A stretch of DNA of 64,000 bases from Trichinella spiralis (taxonomy: Eukaryota). The stretch covers positions 9,160,849 through 9,224,848 of the forward strand of contig NW_003526943.1 of the NCBI RefSeq assembly GCF_000181795.1. The letters are read 5' to 3'. A model generated the notes under the pieces. The model saw only the letters and a list, made by a program, of their open reading frames with translations. It did no database searches and was not told the DNA's origin. Both the position numbers and the translations under genes were made by a program. Numbering within the stretch: position 1 is the stretch's first letter; every line of letters starts with the position of its first letter. Of this stretch, positions 52,726 to 64,000 are shown in pieces.

Positions 52726-53852
52726 TTAATTTGACGCCAACTGATGTCCCTGGTTCAGACGCTTCTTGCATAGTACCGTCTCACTTCTCCTTCCTCGTTG
52801 TGGTGCAACCGCTTTGTTTGTGAGACAAGGTGACTGACGCTGGTCATGCAGGTAAGTAAATAGATGCTGTCTGTTTTTTGTCCAAAAAACAGTTCATAAT
52901 CTCTTCGATAAAGCAGCCATCCGCCGTTTGTCGCTGCGGTTGCAATAACCCAGAAAAAAATAGCCTTCGTCCAGTTTCAGCTTTTGTGATTGACTCTATA
53001 CAGACCAGAGAGCATGCTGTTTAAATCGACACCTCACATATGCATATTGTGGTTGTGCACAATGGAAGGCACCTTAACCATGACTCTCATGCGCTGCTTT
53101 CGGTCCCACCTAGGCTTCAGCTTCACCGGCGGTGTGTCGCGACCCATAAGAGAAACTATCACACAGTCACCAAAATGAAACGCACACGCAACTAAACGCA
53201 ATATTACTACTATTAATAACACACCTAGTTACAGTAAGAAACTTTTTTTTTATGTGCAGGTACACAATAAAGAAAAATATTTACCAATCCAGTAATTTAT
53301 ACATTAATTATAAATCTCTTTAATCATTTTTATAATTTTGATAAAATATCATAAAAATTTTTTTGTATATTTTACTATTTTTATTTTATAAAAGTAGTTC
53401 TAATTTCATTGTTAAGTATCGTAAATAGTAGAGATACTATGCTCATTGTTATGGTGTATTGTATGTCAAGCATTGTGCGTATAAGAATAAAAAACTCATT
53501 AAAATGATCATTAATTATATTTTTAAACTGATTTTTCTGAATTAATAATTTATTTTTAAATTTAAGAAAAGAATTTCATGTTTTTTATTTGTTTTTGTAA
53601 TTTATAACTTGATTATCACTTACAAAACTCTTTAGGACGCATTTGTCGCTTGTCTCTGCATCGGGAGATTTATAGAAGCTTTTTTGGTTACTATAAAATT
53701 TTATTAATTACTAAAGATTGACTTAATGTGTTGAGTTTTATAATTAAAGTCTAAGTAATTTTGACAATGTACTTTTGTCGATTAGCTTTCTGATACAAAG
53801 TGATCTGAAAACTAAATTTTTAATTGTTGTTTTGAAGTTTCTTTGAGTCGCA

Positions 53853-56800
53853 ATGGCAACTGGTGAGCATGAAGATGATCCAAACAAAGTGTTAACTGAC
53901 GATGGCGAAGAACCATCCTTCAGTGATCCAGAAGACTATGTCGATAACTGCACTGATGAAGGTTGTCCATTTTGTATGTTATTATTGTTGAAAACAGTAA
54001 TTTTTATTTGTAGAGTTGATACCGGATTTGCTAAAAGCTAAGCCTGTTGATGACGATGGTAGTCATTTTGTTATTGTTGTTGATAACATTCCAAAAGTGG
54101 GTCCTGACCGTTTACCGAAGCTGAAAGCAATTATGGGCAAAATATTTTCAAAATTTGGTAAAGTCGTCGAAGAATTTTACCCGTTGTCCAATAATGAAAC
54201 AAAAGGGTAATTAATTATATTTCAGATGTTTAAGTATTCCTTTTCATTATTAAATTTATATTTGTAATTTATGATAACCTTGTTGATGATTAAATAACTT
54301 TTCAAGAATTTGGACTGTTTATTTGTTTTTATTTGAAATATTTCAAATTAAAAATAGTTCGAATTGAGATTATTAAATTATAAACTGTTATTTTGTATTT
54401 ACATAATAACTTGTGATATTTTAATTTTGCTGTAATGTTTAGATACTGCTTCGTGGAATTTGGATCGAAAACAAACGCAGAGGAAGCTGCTGTGGTATTA
54501 AATGGTTATAAATTGGACAAAAATCATACATTCGTGGTCAATTTAGAAAATGAATTTGAAAAGTGAGTTTTTTTATTTCTGAGCTTTTATATTTACTAAT
54601 TTCAATTTTAATATAGATATAACAATCCGGAACCAAATTTCCAAAAGCCAGTTGCTCGACCATACAAAGATAATGTAAATCGTTGTTTTACATGTTTAAA
54701 GGTGATAATGGTATTTTTTGTTTAGGGAAACTTGAAGTCATGGTTATTGAATGAAGAGTGTATAGACCAGTTTGTAATGCAATCTGGATTTGCTGACTTT
54801 AAAGCTGGTACATATTGGAACACTTTTCCGGAACCAACGCTAATATGCGAGAAGAAGGTTATTATTTTATTTCATTGATTTTAGAAAAATTCTTGAATAA
54901 TTAGGAAGATAAATTAGTATTCTGCTAATTTTATGTATGATATTTTTGTTAAATTGTGTAATTTGTAACTTGAAAGCGAGTAATTTTTTTTAATGTGTAC
55001 AAAGTGCGGTGATCTGGAGCTTACTGTAAGTGGTAGTTTTCAAGTTTAAATTTACCTTCCGTTTTTTTATTTTTCATATAATGCAAAATGGTTTTGTTAG
55101 TATATTTTAATGAAAATTCGAAAATTTATAACATATACGTATATATGTATATTTTAGAATTGGTCTGAAACGAGTGTTCAGTGGTCACCGCAAGGTACAT
55201 ATCTTGCTTCTGTTCATAATCAGGGTATCGCTTTGTGGGGAGGAAAAGATTTTGTTCGAATTAATCGATTTTGTCATCCAAATGTTTCCAGCTACGATAT
55301 TTCTCCCTGTGAAAAGTAATAATTAATCAGTTGAATTACATATTGTATGCTTATTTTGTTTAGATATATAATTACGTTTTCCGCACCCAAGTCGGATAAC
55401 TTTGATTCGTCAAATAGCGTGATAGTCTGGGAAATCTTTTCTGGTGACAAGAAGAGAAGTTTTCCTTTGACACCAAACATGATCAAACCATGGCCATATT
55501 ACAAGTTAGTTTTCTGCTTTGTTACATTTTGTTGGTATTTTATTTTTAATTCTTAGGTGGAGCTATGACGGAAAATTTCTTGCCACACTGAAAGATGAAA
55601 CGCTGTGCATTTACGAGACAGAAGTAATTTGGCTAATTGCTATTATTGTTTAATTACTTTATTTTTTTCCAGACATTTGCTTTATTGGGCAAGAAGACTA
55701 TGCCTATTGAAGGTATAAGAGATTTTGAATGGTCACCTACTGATGACCATCTTGCTTACTGGGTATCTGAGCGTGGGCATGCGCCTGGGAGAGTTGCATT
55801 GATGAAATTGCCAGAAAAATTGGATATACGCAGCAAGAACATGTTTAACATGGCCGAAGCAACCATATATTGGCAGAAGTGTGGGGACAATCTGTGTTTC
55901 AAAGTTGACAGATATGCGAAAAAGAAAGAGGAAAAATGTGGTGAAATCAAATACAGTGTACGTTAAAGTATTTATATAATGCTGTAATTAAGTTCAGTAT
56001 AGATTAAATCTGAATTTTGTGAAGTAAATTGTTATATACACGTATTTTGTCTTTAAGGGCATATCGCATCATCTTGAAGTATTTCACATTCGAGAAAAGG
56101 AAGTACCAGTTACTTCATTAGAAGTGAAAGGTAAGCAAGAGCAGCAATAAATTTGACGGGATTTGTAATTGAGATTTTGCAGAAAACATCCAAGCATTTT
56201 CTTGGGAACCTCATGGATTTAAGTTTGCCATTATCGTCGGCGATTTGAAAACCACTGTTGTTTTCTATGGGGTACGATCCAATCCTGTTTCTGTTGTTCA
56301 ACTGAGTATGTGGTTTTGTGCTTTTGTTTGTTGTTTTTATTATGTTAAAAATTTTTGATTTTAGGAATCCTTGAACAGAAGAATACGGTAAATGCCATAT
56401 ATTGGGCACCTATTGGTCATCATGTAGTTTTTGTTGGTTTGAAAGGGTATGAAGTATGGATTGTTTTCTGTTTCCTATTGTTATTTTTTGTTTTTTTATA
56501 TGTGCAGGGCTTCTAATGGAGCTTTGGTATTTGTCGACACAAATGTGCAGGATATCATTGTTGCTAATCAGCAAGAGCATCCTGGTTTAACGCACGTGGA
56601 ATGGGATCCCACTGGACGCTATTTGGTTACTAGCGTTAGCATTTGGGCACCGAATCGTGGAGGTGATTGTGGTTATGTGATGTGGAATTTTCAAGGTAGA
56701 ATGCTGCAAAAGAAATCAGTCGAAGAATTCTGCTTGTTCTCTTGGCGTCCAAGACCGAAGCCTTTACTGAGCGACAGTTTTATTAAAGTAGGAATTTTAT

Positions 56801-57352
56801 TCATTTATTCTTTTTAGATATAAAGTATATATAGATAAGAGGTAGCATATTTGAATAATAATGAAATTGCTGTATGTTTATATTTTTGTTTTTTCATTAT
56901 TTCAATAATATCTGTTTGTTTTTCATAGTATGTGAAAAAGAATTTGAAAAAGTATACTGCTCAGTTTGAAGAACGTGACAGGCAGGTTTTGTTGAAAGCG
57001 TCAGAGGTATATGCTGTTGAAATGTTATTTTTACTTTGAAAATTAATTAATTTTTTTCATTCAGGAAATTATATCACGACGTAGAGAAATGTACGAAAAG
57101 TTTCAGACGTTATTGGAACTTCGTCGTGAAGAATGGTTCGCAGAAAAGCCAATTCGAATGAAACTGCGAGGTTGGCATTTATTTATAATAATTTTGATCA
57201 GTTTTTTAAACTCTGCTTCATCGGCTTTTATAATAAGCTTTCTTTTTAAAAATTATTTAGGTGACGAAGATACAGACGATTTATTTGGGGAAGAAAACAC
57301 TTTCGTCGAAGAATGTGAGGTGTTCTTATCAAAGGAAGTTATTTTAGAATGA
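53853..57352 (+). CDS. EIF3B: Translation initiation factor eIF3 subunit B (PRT1), multi-exon
   Basis: EPSFSDPEDYVD; RRM VIVVDNIPKVGPDRLPKLK...NGYKLDKNHTF; WSPQGTYLASVHNQGIALWGG; GIRDFEWSP; WQKCGDNLC; VEWDPTGRY; FSWRPRP. Confidence 0.96.
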
Positions 57353-57703
57353 TATTTTGTGTGATTCTTAACGAAAAAACTTCAGTAAACGATTGATTAC
57401 AAAAGTTGCATTGAAATGCACTGTTTGTTAATTTTTGAGTTGAAAGTTTTATTTTTAAACGTTATGTTTTTTTTCTTCAAATTATTTTTTAAATTCTGTT
57501 CAAATAAAGATATTTAGTAACTTTTTTGGCATTTTTCCACATGTAACACAATAAAAACGCTTATCGGATGTGTCTTCTTTTACCAGAGTTTAGTCAGTTA
57601 TCATCACTGGTGAGAATGGTTACACAAAAAGTCAATCAAAAAAAATATTGTAAAATAAAAGCACACTAATGTACACAGTATAGAGATTAAAAAACGGTTG
57701 GGG

Positions 57704-58926
57704 TTACCAGTGAGCATCATGTAGTAGAGCGACAGCTTTCAGTATTTCTGAATGAGAAGCGTAAAGTTTTGCATCTGAACTTATGTCTGTCCATTTTGCT
57801 CCAACGGCGTCACTCCCGGCTTTCAGTTCAGCGCTGCCCAATTGTTCGCCAGTTTCGTCGTGAATGTTGTAAGCTGCGGTTTCCATCCACGCGTTATCCG
57901 TATTCCGAGGATCATCCACATAACCTTGGTATATCTAGTGATGAAAAGTTCGATAAGCTCGATTCACAAGTCAACATTCCAACTGACCACTTCTGCTTGC
58001 TGGAAACTTTCAGCTACTAATTTTTCAATGCTGGCTTTTTGATGTTGCGAAGAAACATTTAAAATATCAAAAGCTTCTTCCATAAATTCGCGCTGCAGAG
58101 CGTCCATCACTAATTCGCCTGCATCGACCATACCCTGGAATTAATATTGAATTTCTGTTTATTTTTTCATCTCTATAAATTGATAAATTCCAACTCCAGG
58201 AATCGCCCACTCGTGCGAATCGCCTCGAAGTACTGAAATGAATTGCAAAATTGGCCGATTAGTTGTTCCATTCACTTGAATTGTACCGTCTGTTTGGCAT
58301 TTCCAACTGTGTTGAATATGCAAAACAAAAAAAGCTTCAATCGGATATAATCTGCAACTCTGTTTGCTGGAATTACCGAGTCACTATTGGATCAACAGCG
58401 TGATTTGGACCCCAACGTCCGAGACATCCTCTGCCGCTCATGCCAGTCCGTCCAACTGGGTTCAGTGGCCTGCCGTTCAATATGGAATATTTCCCGCAGT
58501 AGCTTATTCGATTTATTGCTCCATCGATTTGGTTAAATTTCGGTTCGAATCCCGGTTGTCTGAAAAAAGTCCTTGCTAAACTTTGTAACACAATTTTTGC
58601 TCTTCTTATATTTAATCACTATTTCTGTTTCAAACGCAATTTGCTAAATTGGGATGAATGTAATATGAATTTAATTACGCAATTTCCGGATCCGCCCAAG
58701 GAGCGTGAGCAACACTAGCTGCAGTGTATTCCACCGGCCGGTAGTCGTCGAAAAATACAGACCATTTAACGTGATCGTCTGGCACGTGGAATCGTTGAAT
58801 CTTAAAATTAAATTTGCATGACGAAATAAACAAATAGCAAATTTTCAACCGTACATTGCTTCTAGGATAGACAGAGTTACGACATTTAAAATGAAGATAA
58901 ACCTTGCCCATGCAATTTCGGTTCAT
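57704..58926 (-). CDS. NUDT9: ADP-ribose pyrophosphatase NUDT9 (Nudix), multi-exon
   Basis: [90 protein letters not shown]. Confidence 0.94.
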
Positions 58927-59915
58927 ATTTTCTTTGAAAAAAATCCTAAAAATGTATAAAAATTGTGACATTTTAATAATTTACACAGATAAAATTCAAT
59001 TACAATTCCACCAAATCAATCGAACATTAATCTTTAATACAGTATAAAAAGTAATATTCAAGTACAACATGAATGACAATTTGTTTTTTATTTATTATTC
59101 AGTTTTGATTCAGAAAAAATAAAAAATATTTCAAAATAGACTAAGTTAATAGATGAATTAAAATCAAACAAAAACGATCAAATGTAACAGTGTTATCAGG
59201 ATTCTGCTGCAGGAATAATTTTGGAAAAATTTACCAACAGCAGGAGTACTTTTTATAAATAATTGAACAATTAAAAGTTTGAGATTATGGTTAGCTATAA
59301 ATAATAAAATGAATGAAACGACGATGCTTGAAAACTGCTCGGCGTGACAGAAGGGACATTTTTCAGAGAGGTCAAATTTTGGTGGTAAATTGAAAACTGA
59401 CATCCGCAAGGGAAATAGAAAACAAAAATTTCCATTACTAATTGCGCCGAACGTGAATAAAATGTGATAATTGAAAAGTAAAAAAATTAAAATTTGTCCT
59501 GCTGACTTTTTGATTTTGAAATAGAAATTGCAAATCACGAAATTGACCCGTACTTTATTGGTGCGCATTCGACTGACCTGCACTGTTGTTGGGCAACTGT
59601 TCGTCATGACAAAACCGTCAACTGGTTTATTGTGACACCGCGGACCACCGGTGAATAATAAAATTTTCCCATCACCTCATGTACATATTGGAGCATCATC
59701 ATCATCATCATCATTTCTTTCCTCCAGATTGTGAATAAGATTGCGTTTGAAAATATTCATTTTTATTTTAAAAGCTTCTTCATCATTTTTTCAACCGCTT
59801 CCATTAAAGCTGACCCTCCTCCTTTAACAGAGAATAAAATTGATTTAAGAAATAAATAAAAATTATAACTTTTCATCAAACCAATTGATGCTTAGCTGGA
59901 AATTGCTGTTGATCG

Positions 59916-61785
59916 ATGATTGAAAAAAGCATCATTCCGCATTTTTGGCGATCAACCTTCTTGCCATTTTTTCCTCTGGTAGAATTTGCATACATGATCG
60001 TTGCACTGCTTGGCAGTGTACGTTGCAGCGGTGAACATTTGAACAATTCAACTCTACTATTGCAAGTCGATCAAAGTTTTCTGTCCAACAGTACAGGTAT
60101 GATTATGTTCTCTGTTTGATCAAATTATTACTATTATTATTTTGGATTTCAATTTTAGTTTAAAACAGAAAACAACATCTATATATTCATGATTAATTAA
60201 TTAATTAATTAATTAACTGATTGAAAAACAATATGCTATTTGCATTTTAAAAAGATTTGGGCAAAAAATTTGATAGTCATTTCAAAGAGTACATTGCGAT
60301 TCAGTTGACCAAATAACCCAGAGTAGAAGTCAAGTGAAGTCACAAGGGCAGCAGCAGCACGCTTGTTGTAGAATTTGGAACATTTTTCAATTATTTCGTC
60401 ATTTTTTGTTGCTTCAGCAAGATACATATTTCTTTCAGACAACATAAATGTATAAATTAATTTTTCTGATTACGCATATGAAAAATTGATGTGAAGCAGG
60501 TTGATAAATAGATGAGATTTTCAAAAAATTATCTCGCATTCTTTTATAATATGTTCCAGAAAATGAATTGCTCCAATACGAGGCAGAATTGACCGCTGCT
60601 TTGGTCCGAGTGCGTCAACAACTTGAAGAAATGGAAAAAAGCGTCATGGTGGTGGACGCCAACGCCACTGCTAAAGCGCTGAACGATTCCAACGTTGTAG
60701 TGAACAATGCAAATTGGACACTGGTGCCCGACGACGACACGGAATTGTACCACAACGTCGCCGACGATGAGCCAACGCCCTTATCGGTTGGTCTGGTTCA
60801 AACTTTTACCGTGTCGACGCAAATTTTGGTCCGAGATTTAAGCAACAGAAGAAAAATGGACCGGATAATGTTGAACGATTTCGACGACATTGCTAACAAC
60901 GCAACGGTGGACACGACGGTCGATGCAATAATCAACGATACCACTGCGACAGTGGAGAATATTGAAAATGATACGGTAATTTTGGAAAATATCTCGTTGA
61001 ATAATAACAGTGAACATGGTGCTGATTTGTTCAACGAGTCCAACGTGAACCACGCAAATGTGTTCACTTCAATCAGAAATCACTTGAACGCAACTGATTT
61101 ATTGTTGCAAAAGCAACAAAATGTTTTGGATAAATTTCTACAGGTAAAATTTAAATAATAATAATTATTATTACAGCAGTTGATTGGAGGAAAATTGTTA
61201 CCTTTGTTGTATAGAATATGACAAACTGCGTACAGTTCACAAAGGATCAACTGATCGACGAACTGAAACACCGTGGCACGTACAATCCAGACTTCATGGC
61301 CTGGGATGTGCGGGGCGTTTTGAAATTTTTCGAAAAATTCAAAGAAAATTTTTACGATGTACAACAAAGAATTTTTTTTTGAAAAAAATTTTATAATTTG
61401 CATTTTGTTTGTCGATTTTCAATTGCAGAGCCGAGAGGAAATTGAACAACATGCGGTCGGCGTGGAACAAAATCTGGCCGCTTTGGAAGGCTTTGTCCGT
61501 GAGTTGGAATTGCAGAATTGCAACCTGCGCACACCGGATGTGTTCGCCAAACTTTACAATATCACCATGGGCGGGATGAAGTCCTCGCCAACGGTCGACC
61601 GTTCAAGAGCACGTCGACAATTGCTCAACACCAACAGACAAACCAAGGCGGGCTTTTTCCGTCGTACCAAGCTGAAATACCTGGCCCAATTGTACAAATC
61701 CCCAAGACTGCACGATTCACCATCGTCGAAATTGGAAAAAAGACCAACTTTTTCATCTAACAAGCATATTGGTAACGAAATTTGA
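59916..61785 (+). CDS. Putative secreted, Asn-rich glycoprotein of unknown function (3 exons)
   Basis: Exons ~59916-60096, ~60560-61143 and ~61429-61785 join in frame through GT-AG introns. Hydrophobic N-term, at least 12 N-X-S/T sequons, coiled-coil-like segments and a basic C-term after RARR. Confidence 0.65.
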
Positions 61786-62778
61786 TTAATTAATCAATTA
61801 CTAATAGGATGATGATGATAATTTTTGTTGGCCAGGTGAATTACATATTGTACCGTTTGGATGCAAAAAACGAGGATCCTCTGAAAGTGGATTCTTGAGA
61901 CTTTGCAGTTCGTGTCAGGCAATACGTCGCCTGCCTGACAATTATTTCCCGCCATTCATCAACGAGGTCACCTGTGACGAGGACAAAAGTTGTCTGCACT
62001 TTAGCAATCAACGTATGTATATATTGAAATATATTTGAACAAAAAATAAAGGTCAAAAACAATAATAATAATAATAATAATAATAATATAAAAACAACCA
62101 CCTTTCTTTTCTTCTTTCCACACCCACCCACACTCACACACAAATATATGTGCTATTTAATAAATAATTTGTGCATCATTTTTCAAAATCAATCAATCAA
62201 TTAACAATTTCAAATTTTTCAGCTCACGGCAGTTGCAAGCAGCGTTATTTGAACTTTGATCTTTTGAAAAATGTCGGAACCACTGAATGCCAGATTTGGA
62301 AAAAAGTCAGCTTAAATGTGCGCGTCTCGTGTGAATGTTTTCTCGACCAGATGTCGTTCTTCGCCAAATACGTTTGACTGCTTGAAGTGCAATTTTTCTT
62401 ACTGTATAAAAAGAAAATCAAGACGAAAAAAAGTGCTTGTTTACTTTTGCAACGTTGAACAAAAAGTCACAAACGTGAATGAAAAAAAAATATACATGTA
62501 TAAAAAGCTCGAGCAGTTCAATCGGATTTAAAAAAGATTAAAAAAGAATAAGAAGACAGAGTAGATAAATTAATCTATCAACCAGATTTCCCCATTTTTC
62601 AACCAACAGCACACAAATAAATGTAAAAACACAGAAAAGAATAAAACCACATCTTTCAATTAAAAAAAACAAGCAAATGAATAACAACAAATCTGAGCAG
62701 ATGCAATAAAACTGTTCCTATTCAAATTTCAACTTATTTGACCGTGTCACCAGTGAAATAAAGATTATGGCGGTTGCA

Positions 62779-64000
62779 TCACATTGTGGGGGTTCTCAAA
62801 CGCCTGTTTTCGGGTTCGCTGACTTCTTCTGCACCTTCTTCACAAGCTGGTGCAGTACATTGGATCCTCAACACCGACTGAGGTAGTGTTTCCTGAAAAT
62901 CAACGCCAAACAGTGAACAACAATTGCAACGAGACAGTAAAATAAAAAATCAGAAAAAAAACGGTGACAATCGAACTTCGCAAAGTTCTTCTATACCGTC
63001 GTCTTCTTCTGGCAATTGAAGCCGAGGGCTAGTTTTGGAGCGGGGCTCGAAAACCCGAAGCATTATATCTTCAGGAGTGAGAACTTCTTGAACTTCCAAA
63101 GACAATGGTCTTTAAAAATAACAACATGCATAATAATTTTGCACAGTTATTCAACAACGACAACAACAAAATAATAAATAAACCTGGACGTTTTTTTCGG
63201 CTTCACTTTGCGCTGTGCATGAGAAGCACCACGCGGTGATTGTACAGCAATTGAAGACATGCTATGCGTTCCGGCAATATTATGACACTTCGGATCAGAT
63301 AAATTTCCCATTGGTCCATTGAGAGCTTCGATAAGTGAAACCGATTCATATTTCTTTGGAAAAGATGTTTCGTGGGATATCTCAAACAAAAAATAAATAA
63401 ACTTATTTATTTCCTCTTCTTTATTTCACAATCATAAACAATTAATTGACTGATTATTAATCGCACTGTACTTACGGTTCCATCTGAGGCAGATGTGCAA
63501 ATTATTGATACCGGTGAGCATTCAGCTTTCCTAACACTTTTCATTTGAAGCAACGCTCTGAACGGAGATCGACAAATTGGACAATTGTTTGCCTATTTTA
63601 ATTTGAAATTTTATTTTCTTAAATATTAAAATGAAATCACTTCATTATACCTTATATCGAAGTGTTTCAGCACATCCACTGCAGAGACACAGATGACGAC
63701 AAGGCAGTATCAGTGTATCCCGCCATTCTGACATGCAAACTACACATTCCACAAAACAATCGCTGCTGTCATCGCCACACGAATTCTGCAAAAAAAATAA
63801 TTTTTTCACACAATTTTAAAATATAAAACCAAAACTCCACTACCTGTGACGTCGAAGCGGATGTTATTACATGCTTGTTCTCCAGTCCGTATACTTCTTG
63901 AAGCAAATAAGAGACCCCGTGCATAAACAGTTTCTGTTTCAATGGCTTCAAAACGTATCCTTGGCCTTCTGCCGAACGTTCCGCAATAGCGTAAGTACAG
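62779..64000 (-). CDS. MGRN1: Mahogunin/RNF157-type RING E3 ligase, 3' part (5' end outside the window; 3' end uncertain, may extend to ~61840)
   Basis: [93 protein letters not shown]. Confidence 0.92.

Larger units (their letters stand above)
49516..53150 (-). mobile_element. Older piggyBac-family element (PGBD2/3-like), 5'-truncated and split by a nested insertion
   Basis: Minus strand 53150-52730 reads RWDRKQRMRVMVKVPSIVHNHNMHM*GVDLNSMLSGLYRVNHKS*NWTKAIFFWVIATAATNGGWLLYRRD. It resumes below 50380 with DQVAHWPDVGEKRRRCHYCSK...KCNAPLCMNK (Cys-rich domain). Candidate terminus CCCTTCCAGTCCCG at 49516; the other end was not found. Confidence 0.75.

Noticed and set aside
53034..53222. Short ORF superficially like ribosomal protein L14 (GDCVIVSL)
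   Set aside because: Reading through the stop gives piggyBac transposase motifs, so it belongs to the outer transposon.
58541..58556. tRNA T-loop-like GGTTCGAATCCC
   Set aside because: It is the antisense of NUDT9 codons (PGFEPK), with no D-arm or acceptor stem.
62879..62890. let-7-like TGAGGTAGT
   Set aside because: It is antisense to an MGRN1 exon, there is no hairpin, and the match is only 9 nt.

Overview
AT-rich, compact eukaryotic genomic DNA with short GT-AG introns. It most resembles a clade I nematode such as Trichinella; this is inferred from composition, gene structure and TE content and is not proven. About 15 host genes can be assembled by hand: WDR18-like (3' end), neutral sphingomyelinase, TMEM70, hormone-sensitive lipase, FTSJ3/SPB1, histone H3.3, pescadillo, RPL9, an NKCC-type SLC12 transporter, an F-box/LRR gene, a secreted Pro-rich orphan, an intronless GH20 hexosaminidase, eIF3b, NUDT9, a secreted N-glycoprotein orphan and the 3' part of MGRN1/RNF157. 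There are two mobile-element loci. (1) A BEL/Pao LTR element with a deletion-inversion-deletion structure. Its primer-binding region matches 28 nt of the 3' half of tRNA-Tyr, starting at position 38, and one breakpoint sits on a 9-bp tRNA/integrase microhomology. (2) A near-full-length decayed piggyBac nested inside an older piggyBac of a different subfamily. Other notable points are a 12-nt tail-to-tail CDS overlap (WDR18/SMPD2), an RPL9 intron flanked by a direct repeat, a cluster of 60S-biogenesis genes, and splice acceptors just upstream of most start codons. I found no convincing wholly new multi-gene system; the best leads are the extended tRNA-Tyr match and the TE rearrangements. All calls come from manual translation and motif recognition, with no database searches.
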